Assembly: GCA_041662745.1 (NCBI GenBank)
Contig: JBAZRV010000003.1
Span: 90,001-122,000 of the forward strand
Length of the DNA: 32,000 bases
Source: Patescibacteria group bacterium
Lineage (GTDB): Bacteria; Patescibacteriota; Patescibacteriia; 2-01-FULL-39-33
Direction of reading: 5' to 3'
The position numbers were made by a program, and so were the translations under genes. The notes beneath the pieces are model-generated. The model did no database searches. It was given only the letters and a program-made list of their open reading frames with translations, and was not told the origin of the DNA. Numbering within the stretch: the stretch's first letter is position 1; every line of letters starts with the position of its first letter. This document shows, piece by piece, positions 19,003-27,139 of this stretch.

Positions 19003-19209
19003 TAGTCAGTCCTCCCTCGGTTTTTTGGTTGCAAGGATTTAATGTAATGAACACTAAAGTATTATAACGGATTGGGATAAAAAGTCAAGGTGTTATAAAA
19101 CCTCGACATTTTCCAATTTTGCTCATATCTCGCTTCTGACTTGTTCCCGCCCCTTAATATTGTTATGACTTTTGTCAGAAAAAAAGCAAAACAAAAATCA
19201 CGTCCATAG

Positions 19210-19280
19210 CTCGGGGACAGGGGCTCGAACCCCGATTAACGGCTTCAAAGGCCGCTGTCCTACCATTAGACGATCCCCGA
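19210..19280 (-). tRNA. tRNA-Gln (anticodon TTG)
   Basis: TCGGGGA...TCCCCGA acceptor stem, D-arm GTCTAATGGTAGGAC, anticodon arm GCGGC-CTTTGAA-GCCGT, T-arm CGGGG-TTCGAGC-CCCTG; discriminator G; 3' CCA not encoded. Confidence 0.95.
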
Positions 19281-19338
19281 GTTATAGACGCGATTTTTCG
19301 TTAACTAACGTCTTACTTGATTTGAATTATTTATATTT

Positions 19339-19461
19339 TTACTTATTATAAGGCCGGCCGGTCACCTTGGCCTCAAACTTCTTTTTTCTGGCGCTTTTCT
19401 TGTCTTCCTGTTTGACTAAGCGAGGCACCTTGATCTTCGGATCCCTTTTTCTTTTTGCCAT
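19339..19461 (-). CDS. short, highly basic protein (40 aa)
   Basis: Translation MAKRKRDPKIKVPRLVKQEDKKSARKKKFEAKVTGRPYNK*. Below the ORF-track length cut-off; no clear SD seen. Confidence 0.4.
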   Translation of the reverse strand: MAKRKRDPKIKVPRLVKQEDKKSARKKKFEAKVTGRPYNK

Positions 19462-19585
19462 ATGTTTATTATTGCTGGGGCAAAACCGAACTAATCTCAA
19501 ATTAGAAAGTCGTCGGTTTTGCTGTTCTTTTAATTAATCTATGTTTTATTCTAACAAATTTATCGCTGTTTGGCAAGATTTTGCC

Positions 19586-19664
19586 AAAAAAAAGAGCCCC
19601 CGTAACTTTGGTCGCACACCCATGAAACATTACTATTTATTGGTGTGTGGCTAGTTGACGGGGG
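19586..19664 (-). terminator. 3' terminal hairpin and U-run of the candidate ncRNA
   Basis: CCCCCGTAAC (597-606) pairs with GTTGACGGGGG (654-664), CACACC (615-620) with GGTGTG (642-647) (offsets from 19000); eight A on the + strand (19586-19593) give U8. Confidence 0.75.
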
Positions 19665-20370
19665 TCAAAATTAAAGGTGCTTTCGAATGGCGGGGATCGG
19701 AGCGTTTTTAGACGCTCTTTTCGGCCGGGTCCGGAAGAGGCTCCATCACAAAATTCCTGAGCCGCTAATGCGAGAGCTCCGCTAAACAACGCCGCGCTAA
19801 CGCCCATTTCCATTACACTTTGGCAGCGCGAACGATCAATGACCGATGGCGGACCTCATGGCAACAAACAAATCCGGATATTCGGGCCGCATCCTGCGCC
19901 CCGATCCCCAAATTCAGCCGGTTGGTGTTTATTCCTGAGGGGCCCGGCTTGCCCCTAAATACATCGTTGTGTATTTGGCATGTTTGGTTTCCTTTGGCGG
20001 CCGGGATTAACGCACCCCTTTCATTAACTGGTCGGTGCGCCTAACCACCTGGCAACAGGGCCGGGGCGCTGTCCAATATAGCGATCCCCTGCTATGCTTT
20101 TATCTACAAGTTGCCAGTTCGTTAACCCTCGTAATTACACAAACCCCACGGGATAACGACTCATTAGGAGCCCTCCAGTTTTGTTTGGCCGATAGTTGGC
20201 CATGCCCGTTTTAACTATCCAGATGTTCGCCAACGGGCGAGACTCTGGAAAAAACGATACTACTGCTGACTGTCAATGAGCTTGGTGAGCGCGAGACGGA
20301 AGCGGCCCTTAAGCCTAGGAATGGAACGAATATGTTGGTTCCCCCACTTTCCGTCTCGCCTCACCTTTGA
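19586..20370 (-). ncRNA. candidate large structured non-coding RNA (~0.8 kb), family not recognised
   Basis: No plausible CDS, many perfect inverted repeats, strong promoter upstream on the minus strand, hairpin plus U8 at the 3' end. Boundaries inferred from promoter and terminator. Confidence 0.75.
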
Positions 20371-20376
20371 GCTTCA

Positions 20377-20405
20377 ATCATATCACATCGTTAATATTTT
20401 GTCAA
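20377..20405 (-). promoter_or_regulatory. near-consensus sigma70 promoter of the candidate ncRNA
   Basis: Minus strand TTGACA (20400-20405), N17, TATGAT (20377-20382). Confidence 0.85.
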
Positions 20406-20585
20406 TAGCTTTATCCACAGGCAAATTATTAATAATAAAAAATTAGTGTAAATTTAGCTAAAATAAATTAATTTATTTTATGATTAAAATGGCGATAATC
20501 CGCCATAGGCGGTTTTGCCGGAAAACAAACTTAAATAAAACTATAGACTTGCCCCAAGAGCGTCTATCAGTTAGAATGAAGTTGT

Positions 20586-21182
20586 ATGTCAGAATCAAAT
20601 ATCAAAAACCTTGTTGATAAATTTGCCAGATTTCCCTCAATTGGCCCAAAAACCGCCGAACGAATGGTGTATTACCTGCTCAGACAATCGCCGGAAAAAA
20701 TGGACGAATTATCTTCGGCAATTCATCAACTAAAAAATAGCATTACCGCTTGCAATATTTGCTTTAATTTTAGCGAATCTAATCCTTGTCCAATCTGTTC
20801 CGATCTCCGGCGCGATCGTCGGATTATTTGTATTGTGGCCAAACCGCAGGATATTTCAGCCATTGAGAAAACCGGCTCATATAACGGCGTTTATCATGTC
20901 TTAGGCGGCAATATCAATCCGCTGGAAAATATTATGCCGGAGAATTTGCGGCTTAAAGAACTCTTGGCGCGCATCAAGGATAATGAAGCTTGCGAACTTA
21001 TCCTGGCTTTGAATCAGGATATGATCGGTGAAACCACCGCTTTGTATCTGTCTAAATTATTAAAGCAATTTTCTCAAGTGACGGTAACGCGTTTGGCGCG
21101 CGGCTTGCCCATGGGCGCTGATCTGGAATACGCCGATGAAGTGACTTTGGAAAGCGCTATTTCCGGACGCAGGGAATTATAA
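20586..21182 (+). CDS. recR: recombination protein RecR
   Basis: LVDKFARFPSIGPKTAERMVYYLL, four-cysteine zinc motif CNICFNFSESNPCPIC, ICIVAKPQDISAIEKTGSYNGVYHVLGG. Confidence 0.96.
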   Translation: MSESNIKNLVDKFARFPSIGPKTAERMVYYLLRQSPEKMDELSSAIHQLKNSITACNICFNFSESNPCPICSDLRRDRRIICIVAKPQDISAIEKTGSYNGVYHVLGGNINPLENIMPENLRLKELLARIKDNEACELILALNQDMIGETTALYLSKLLKQFSQVTVTRLARGLPMGADLEYADEVTLESAISGRREL

Positions 21183-21185
21183 AAT

Positions 21186-21213
21186 AAAACAGCCGGCTCG
21201 GCCGACTGTTTTT
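21186..21213. terminator. bidirectional terminator between convergent recR and the pseudouridine synthase gene
   Basis: AAAACAGCCGGCtcGGCCGACTGTTTTTT. Confidence 0.75.
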
Positions 21214-21229
21214 TAATCACAATAAGAAA

Positions 21230-21904
21230 TCACACTTCTTCGGGAGTTATTTTTTTACACTCCCCCTCTTTTAGGTCTGCCAACTTTAGCTTGCCTATCC
21301 TGATGCGTTTTAAATCTTCAACTTTGTAATCTAACTGTTCGGCCATGCGGCGGATTTGGCGGTTGACGCCCTCTTTAAGAATCAGGGTCAGCCGGTTGCC
21401 TCGCTGTTTAATAATCCTGACCGGTTGGAGTTTTTTGCCGTCCAAGATCAATCCCCGCTCTATTTTTTGCGCGTCGGTTTTGGCCAGGGCGCGATCCAGT
21501 TCCACTTCATATTCCTTTTCGTGGCCGAATTTGGCCTGGGTCAGGCGATAGGCAAAATCGCCGTCATTGGTTAATATCAGCAAGCCCCGTGAATCTTTAT
21601 CCAGCCTTCCCACCGGATAAATTCGCTGTTTAATTTTAATCAAATCCAAAACCGATTTGCCTTGCGAACCGCTTGAGGAAGTGATATAGCCCCTGGGCTT
21701 GTTAAGCGCCAGATAGATTTTTTGCGTTTCTGTTTCCAGTTTCTTGCCGGCTATTTCTACGGCAGCGTTATTTTCATCAATTACCAGTCCCAAATCTTGG
21801 GCGGCCAAGCCGTTTACCTTCACTTTACCGGCTTTAATTAGCTCATCGGCTTTGCGTCTGGAACAGACTCCGGCTTGAGCAATGTATTTATTCAAACGAA
21901 TCAT
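21230..21904 (-). CDS. pseudouridine synthase, RluB/RluF/RsuA family
   Basis: S4-like N-terminus MIRLNKYIAQAGVCSRRKADELIKAGKVKVNG, LNKPRGYITS, catalytic YPVGRLDKDSRGLLILTNDGDF, EGVNRQIRRM. Confidence 0.93.
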   Translation of the reverse strand: MIRLNKYIAQAGVCSRRKADELIKAGKVKVNGLAAQDLGLVIDENNAAVEIAGKKLETETQKIYLALNKPRGYITSSSGSQGKSVLDLIKIKQRIYPVGRLDKDSRGLLILTNDGDFAYRLTQAKFGHEKEYEVELDRALAKTDAQKIERGLILDGKKLQPVRIIKQRGNRLTLILKEGVNRQIRRMAEQLDYKVEDLKRIRIGKLKLADLKEGECKKITPEEV

Positions 21905-21906
21905 AT

Positions 21907-21976
21907 TTTGTCATTCCCGCGTACCTTGCCTACTGGCAGGTAGAGGCGGGAGTCCAGGTTATTTTTGTCATTCTGA
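21907..21976. repeat. intergenic REP-like palindromic element
   Basis: CCCGC (21916-21920) and GCGGG (21946-21950) enclose TACCTtGCC...GGCaGGTA; TTTTGTCATTC-type sequence occurs on both sides. Confidence 0.5.
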
Positions 21977-22025
21977 GGCAACGTCGAAAAATCTCAAATA
22001 TAATTTTTTTTAATATTAAATTAAA

Positions 22026-22709
22026 CTAAATACTATGTTTTTCTTGAACAATTTTTTTCCATTTCTCGTACTTGTCTTTGGTTTTAAGTTTCAGCCAAGG
22101 CAGTTTATAGGCAAACGAGGGCAGCCATTGACTCATAGTCCCGCCGGTTGAGACCTTGAACAATACTTCGGGAATGAACACTCCCCGATCGCCGCATTCG
22201 GCCATAGTTAAAAACAGGTCCCAATCTTGGAATTTTTTCAGTGTTTCATCAAAACCGGGAAATTTTTCCCGCCTAATCAGCGAGCAGGTATGGATGTATG
22301 GTTGTTGTTTTAATTTTTCCGCAGCAAACGGCCAGAGTTTGAATTTTTTCCAACCCCAGCGGAATTGGCTGTAGGCAAAACTAGCTTCGGACACGGTCTT
22401 AAGCGCTAAATGCATCTTTTCCAAGGCTTGAGGCCTTAAGATTACATCGGCGTCAACGAAGATAACTTCCGATCCGGAAGATTGGCTGAAGCCGTAGTTG
22501 CGCGCCGCCGGAGCCCCCTTATTTTCCTGGTTTAAAATAGTCAGACGATGGCTGCAAGTGGTTAGGGCCAAAAGCAAATCATCGGTAGAGCCGTCGTTGA
22601 CTACGATGATCTCGTAATCCTTGAGAGTTTGATTAAAAATACTGTTCAGACAGCGGCTGATGGTTTTGGCAGCATTATAAGCGGGAATGATGACGGATAT
22701 TTGCGGCAT
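22026..22709 (-). CDS. family 2 glycosyltransferase
   Basis: MPQISVIIPAYNAAKTISRCLNSIFNQTLKDYEIIVVNDGSTDD...GAPAARNYGFSQSSGSEVIFVDADV. Confidence 0.95.
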   Translation of the reverse strand: MPQISVIIPAYNAAKTISRCLNSIFNQTLKDYEIIVVNDGSTDDLLLALTTCSHRLTILNQENKGAPAARNYGFSQSSGSEVIFVDADVILRPQALEKMHLALKTVSEASFAYSQFRWGWKKFKLWPFAAEKLKQQPYIHTCSLIRREKFPGFDETLKKFQDWDLFLTMAECGDRGVFIPEVLFKVSTGGTMSQWLPSFAYKLPWLKLKTKDKYEKWKKIVQEKHSI

Positions 22710-23825
22710 TTAATTGTTGATTATGTTTTTAATTTTTTCTGCTTGTTTGCTCCAATCAAATTCTAACGCTCGTTTTTGGCCGGCTTCAGCCAAGCGCCGC
22801 CATAATTCGCGATCCGTGGCGATTTTTATGATTGCCGATTTTATTTCCTCGTTGATTCGCGGATCAACCAGAATGCCGGTTACCCCGCCCAGCACCGCCT
22901 CCTTGGAACCGCCGAATTTAGAGGCGATAACCGCGGTCCTGGTCGCCGAGGCCTCCAGATAACCGATGCCAAAACCCTCGGGCTTTAATGATACTGTGAT
23001 ATAGATATGCGCCAATTGCAAATAAAACGCCTTGGCTTCCGGAATATTAGCCACCTCCCCGGCAAAAATAACATTATATTTTAATCCTGATTGTTGAGCT
23101 AAATTTTTTAATTTTTCTTCCTGCGAGCCGCCGCCGACAATGATATATTTAAGCTCCGGCACGAGGGACAATAATTCCGGCAGCATTTTAATGACCGTTT
23201 CAATATTTTTTTCCGGTTCCAGACGGCACATGGACAGCATGACAACATCGTTGTCAGCTAATCCCAATAGCTTCTTTTTGCCGGCAAAATCTTCGTCCGG
23301 CTTGTTAAGCGCTTCATAATCAATGCCCGGGTATATTATTTCAATTTTGGTTTTGTCTTTGGTCAGCTTGAATATTTCTTCGGCTAAGTAATCGCTATTG
23401 GCAATAAATTTGCGGCATAAGGGATTGCCATAAACTTGCTTTAGCAGCCGTTTTTGCCACCAGCTGTCTTTGGCTTGGGTAATATCTGTACCGTGGGCAA
23501 AAACATAAAACGGCAGTTTTATTTTTCCGGCCAGGGAATTATAAGGATGAAAATGGCCGAAGGCCAATCGTTCCACTCCCTCCGTTTTGACGATGTCGTT
23601 AATTTCTTTAATTAAAGGACGCCAACGGGGCGGGATTTTTCCGCTGAAAAAATCCGTGCGGTAAATATGATAAGGTTGGGTTTGATCAAATTCTTTTTCT
23701 CCCGCCTGAGTTTGCGCTAAGACGCAAATCTCGGCCGGCTCCAAACGCGACAGCAGGTTAAGGTAATAATTTTGTATTCCCCCGGCTTGCGGCGGGAAAA
23801 AATTGGTAATCAGTAGTTTTTTCAT
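22710..23825 (-). CDS. GT4-type glycosyltransferase
   Basis: FPPQAGGIQNYYLNLLSRL, VVMLSMCRLEPEKNIETVIKMLPEL, YITVSLKPEGFGIGYLEASATRTAVIASKFGG. Confidence 0.94.
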   Translation of the reverse strand: MKKLLITNFFPPQAGGIQNYYLNLLSRLEPAEICVLAQTQAGEKEFDQTQPYHIYRTDFFSGKIPPRWRPLIKEINDIVKTEGVERLAFGHFHPYNSLAGKIKLPFYVFAHGTDITQAKDSWWQKRLLKQVYGNPLCRKFIANSDYLAEEIFKLTKDKTKIEIIYPGIDYEALNKPDEDFAGKKKLLGLADNDVVMLSMCRLEPEKNIETVIKMLPELLSLVPELKYIIVGGGSQEEKLKNLAQQSGLKYNVIFAGEVANIPEAKAFYLQLAHIYITVSLKPEGFGIGYLEASATRTAVIASKFGGSKEAVLGGVTGILVDPRINEEIKSAIIKIATDRELWRRLAEAGQKRALEFDWSKQAEKIKNIINN

Positions 23826-25282
23826 AATTGGCTTTCTTCCTTATTAATCCCCCCCTTAAAATCTTTCATTAACTCTTTAAACGATCTTAGGCGGAACAAG
23901 CCCAGGATGTAAGCCAGGATAAGATAAGTCACTATTCCGCCGGCAATCGCCACAATAAAATGGACTCGTTCCTTGAGCAACCGGACCGCTAAATACATTA
24001 TCAGACAGGCCAAGAGCATTTTTGCGGCCGACCAAATCAAAAACTTCCAGTCGTATTTGATTATTTGGCCGACGACAGTAATGCCCAAAACAAACAGCAA
24101 GGCGTAACTGGCGATATTGGCAATGGCTGAACCGTTATAACTCCAAATCGGGATCAGGATAAGGTTGGCAACAAAAGAAAACCCGGCCACAACGCCCAAA
24201 TGAATCGTGTTTCTGGCCTGTCGATCGCAAGCGTTAAGCATGGCGCCAATAGGGAAACAAAGGAAGACAAAAACCAATGACAGCATTAGGATATCCAGGG
24301 GTAAAACGGAAGCCGCATAATGATTGCCGAAAACCGGACCGATTATCTTATCGGCAATAGAGATTACGCCAATAGATATCGGCAGGGAAAAAAACATCAG
24401 CCAATACATGGATTTGACGAAAAGCTTGGATAATTTTTCTTGGCTGTGAGCGAAGTAATTGGCAAACGCCGGATAGATGGAGGCGGAGAAAGCCAAGGCG
24501 ATGAATTGCAAGGCAAAGGCCACCTTAAAGGCCACGGAGTAAATGCCTACGGCATAGTCATTGGCGAGTTTTGACAATAAAACAATATCAATAGCCGAAA
24601 AAATACGATTGAAGATTCCGGCCAAGGCAAAAGGGATGGAGATAAGCACTAATTGCCTGATTGTCAGCCAGTCAAAGGAAAAAGCTATCGGTATTTGATA
24701 TTTGCGGCGCAGATTAACCGCAGACCAGATAAAGTTTGTCAGACTGCCCAAAATATAAACAGCCATTACCCAGGTCAGTGGCGCGCCAAAAAATAACAAT
24801 CCCCCGCCGGCAATTAAAACTATTGATTGATTGATGATAACGCCCAGGCTTTCATACGCCAGATTTTGATGGCCGCGCAAAGCGCCGTAAACGCTTAGGG
24901 AGAACGAGTCTAACAGCATGACAAAGCCGGAAATGTATACTAGCGATTTAGTTAGTTGCGGGTAGCCCAGAATATTAACTAAAACTATGATGATTAAATA
25001 AACTAAGGCCGAAGCGGCCAGTTTATAACCGAGGATATTGGCGAGGTATTTGGCGGAATGTTCGCGGTCCTTGGCTACTTCGCGAATCAATACTTGAGTC
25101 AGGCCCAAATCTAAAAACATGGCAAAGATGGAGGTAAAACTGAGGGCGAAAGTAAATCGTCCTTGATCGGCCACGCCGACGGAACGCGCCAGGATGATGA
25201 AGTATAAAAACGACAGCGCTTTTTGGGCGGCTAACGAAGCGCTGTAAAAAAAAGTGTTTTTAGCCAAGTTTCTGTTGGACAT
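23822..25282 (-). CDS. polysaccharide flippase, Wzx/MATE-like oligosaccharide transporter family
   Basis: Multi-pass MSNRNLAKNTFFYSASLAAQKALSFLYFIILARSVGVADQGRFTFALSFTSIFAMFLDLGLTQVLIREVAK; 4-nt ATGA overlap with the glycosyltransferase gene. Confidence 0.9.
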   Translation of the reverse strand: MSNRNLAKNTFFYSASLAAQKALSFLYFIILARSVGVADQGRFTFALSFTSIFAMFLDLGLTQVLIREVAKDREHSAKYLANILGYKLAASALVYLIIIVLVNILGYPQLTKSLVYISGFVMLLDSFSLSVYGALRGHQNLAYESLGVIINQSIVLIAGGGLLFFGAPLTWVMAVYILGSLTNFIWSAVNLRRKYQIPIAFSFDWLTIRQLVLISIPFALAGIFNRIFSAIDIVLLSKLANDYAVGIYSVAFKVAFALQFIALAFSASIYPAFANYFAHSQEKLSKLFVKSMYWLMFFSLPISIGVISIADKIIGPVFGNHYAASVLPLDILMLSLVFVFLCFPIGAMLNACDRQARNTIHLGVVAGFSFVANLILIPIWSYNGSAIANIASYALLFVLGITVVGQIIKYDWKFLIWSAAKMLLACLIMYLAVRLLKERVHFIVAIAGGIVTYLILAYILGLFRLRSFKELMKDFKGGINKEESQL

Positions 25283-25320
25283 AATGCCTATATTATACTA
25301 TAAAATACGAGTAAAATAAA

Positions 25321-25346
25321 GCCCGCTAAAAATAGTGATAGCGGGC
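25321..25346. terminator. terminator-like hairpin downstream of the 25365-25697 gene
   Basis: GCCCGCT aaaaatagtgat AGCGGGC flanked by A/T. Confidence 0.6.
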
Positions 25347-25364
25347 AAAAAAGTGCAGAAGCGA

Positions 25365-25697
25365 TTACGATTTTATTGGTGTGCCAATCGTGGCCTTATA
25401 TAATCGCCAGTCAATAGCAGACAATAAAATAGAAGTGGAAGAGTTGCCGCAAATTAAGGCGAAAACCGGAAAGAGCCGCGGCAATTCTTCGGGGCAATGC
25501 TTGAGGCAACCGCAGTAAAGTTCCGATATAATCTTTTGCAAGCAACCGACACAGATTCGGTTGTCTTTATCCACTAACTGGGCGCGTTTAGCCATTAAGG
25601 AGGACAATAATTCCTGCAGGATTATTTGCCGTTCATGCGGTCTGGCGGATTGTTCCGCCGCCCTGGCCAGCAAGGCGCAGATTTTTTGTTCTTCCAC
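25365..25697 (-). CDS. hypothetical Cys-rich protein (110 aa)
   Basis: ORF with ICVGCLQKIISELYCGCLKHC; SD-like AAGGAGG upstream; followed by a terminator hairpin. Confidence 0.6.
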   Translation of the reverse strand: MEEQKICALLARAAEQSARPHERQIILQELLSSLMAKRAQLVDKDNRICVGCLQKIISELYCGCLKHCPEELPRLFPVFALICGNSSTSILLSAIDWRLYKATIGTPIKS

Positions 25698-25811
25698 GAT
25701 GATACCTCCTAAGGTTAATGACCTAATTTAACCTTAGCAGATTAAAATCTTGGTGGCAATTAAGTTATCCCCAAAAGAAAAATTTGTAAGTTTTTAGACT
25801 TTTTGTGAAAT

Positions 25812-25845
25812 AAAAAACCGCATAACGTTGAGTTAGCGGTTTTTT
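25812..25845. terminator. terminator at the end of the ribosomal protein gene cluster
   Basis: AAAAAACCGC ataacgttgagtta GCGGTTTTTT. Confidence 0.8.
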
Positions 25846-25859
25846 AAAAAAATATAATA

Positions 25860-26300
25860 TTAGCGTTTAGACCATTGCGGGGCGCGACGGGCGCGTTTCA
25901 AGCCCGGCTTCTTTCTTTCCTTGACTCTGGGATCGCGAGTCATCAGCCCCTCGGCCTTCATGGCCGGTCGCAATTCAGGATTTAGCTGTTCCAGGGCTCG
26001 GGCAATGCCATGACGGCAAGCCGCGGCTTGGCCGTTTTTGCCGCCGCCAACCACATGAATGGAGACGGTGGTATTCTTATCGTGATCAGTCAGAACTAAC
26101 GGCTTTAAGACAATATCTTGCAGATCTTTAGTGGGAAAATAAACCTTATAATCAAGATCATTGACTATGATTTCTCCTTTGCCCTTCAGGTATAAGCGGA
26201 CATTGGCAGATGAGGTTTTTCGGCCGCCTCGGCCATAAAAAAACTTGCCTTCCGGTTTGACAATCTCGACTTCTTTGATTTCTTTCTTTTTGGTAACCAT
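25860..26300 (-). CDS. rpsI: 30S ribosomal protein S9
   Basis: GRRKTSSANVRLYLKGKGEIIVNDLDYKVYF...GKNGQAAACRHGIARALEQL...KERKKPGLKRARRAPQWSKR. Start placed at MVTKKKE (26300), not at 26321. Confidence 0.95.
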   Translation of the reverse strand: MVTKKKEIKEVEIVKPEGKFFYGRGGRKTSSANVRLYLKGKGEIIVNDLDYKVYFPTKDLQDIVLKPLVLTDHDKNTTVSIHVVGGGKNGQAAACRHGIARALEQLNPELRPAMKAEGLMTRDPRVKERKKPGLKRARRAPQWSKR

Positions 26301-26321
26301 AATATATTCTTGCGAAAACAA

Positions 26322-26681
26322 TTAGTTAGTGGTTTTCAACCGCTTAATCATCTGATCGCGCAGTTTATTTTTAGGCAACATGCCCCAAACGGCTCGTCTG
26401 AGGACCTCGCCGGCATTGTCTTTCATGACCACGCTGGTTTTTTTGATTTTTAATCCGCCCGGATGGGTAGTGTGCCATTTGTATTCTTTTTGTTCCAGTT
26501 TCTTGCCGGTTAGTTTGAGCTTGGAACAGTTAGCGACCTCTACAAAATCTCCGGCATCAATATTGGGCGTAAAAGTGGCTTTATTTTTGCCACGTAAAAT
26601 AATGGCGATACGCGTGGCTAAACGTCCGACCGGTTGGCCAGTAGCATCAAGCTGATGGGTTTTTCTTTCTATTTCTTTCAT
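26322..26681 (-). CDS. rplM: 50S ribosomal protein L13
   Basis: LDATGQPVGRLATRIAIILRGKNKATFTPNIDAGDFVEVANCSKLKLTGKK. Confidence 0.96.
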   Translation of the reverse strand: MKEIERKTHQLDATGQPVGRLATRIAIILRGKNKATFTPNIDAGDFVEVANCSKLKLTGKKLEQKEYKWHTTHPGGLKIKKTSVVMKDNAGEVLRRAVWGMLPKNKLRDQMIKRLKTTN

Positions 26682-26694
26682 AAAATAAATTTAA

Positions 26695-27045
26695 TTAAAT
26701 AAACTCAATGATAGCCACTTCCGCTCCGTCATTGACGCGTGGAGCTAATTTGACGATTCTGGTGTAGCCGCCTTTGCGATCTTTGTATTTCGGACCCAAA
26801 ACTTCAAACAGTTTTTTGACCGCGCCTTGGGTGTAAAGCACCTTCAGGGCTTCACGGCGATTATGCAAAGTGTCGTTCTTGGCCAAGGTGATCAATTTTT
26901 CCACTTTGGGACGGGTTACCTGAGCTTTGGCCTTGGTGGTTTTGATTTTTTCGTAGACCACAAGAGAAGTAACCAAGCTGCGCAATAACGCTTCCCTTGG
27001 CGCCTTTTCACGACCCAATACTTTTCCTTTTCTGTTATGTCTCAT
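26695..27045 (-). CDS. rplQ: 50S ribosomal protein L17
   Basis: MRHNRKGKVLGREKAPREALLRSLVTSLVVYEKIKTTKAKA. Confidence 0.96.
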   Translation of the reverse strand: MRHNRKGKVLGREKAPREALLRSLVTSLVVYEKIKTTKAKAQVTRPKVEKLITLAKNDTLHNRREALKVLYTQGAVKKLFEVLGPKYKDRKGGYTRIVKLAPRVNDGAEVAIIEFI

Positions 27046-27139
27046 AATATGTTAGTCATAAAGTCTAAAGCCGAAGGTCTGGAAAGTTTAAAGAAAATCA
27101 TTTAAACTCCGGGCTTGCGGTTTTTTGACTCAGTTCTGT

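Noticed and set aside
19820-20044. 74-aa + strand ORF inside the ncRNA region
   Set aside because: Runs through strong inverted repeats, antisense to the promoter/terminator pair, Cys/Trp/Pro-rich, no SD-like sequence or family resemblance.
19586-20370. tmRNA, RNase P RNA or SRP RNA identity for the structured region
   Set aside because: I looked on both strands for the tmRNA 5' GGATTCGAC and the 3' GGTTCGA tRNA-like end, RNase P GAGGAAAGTCCGG and CAGAAYCCGGCTTA, and the SRP GGTCCGGAAGGAAGCAG core. None is present; GGGTCCGGAAGAGG at 19727-19740 is only a partial resemblance. Needs cmscan to be certain.
20509-20527. CCGCCataGGCGGTTTTG hairpin upstream of recR as a terminator
   Set aside because: No + strand gene or transcript upstream to terminate; short stem; may be part of a recR leader but evidence is insufficient.
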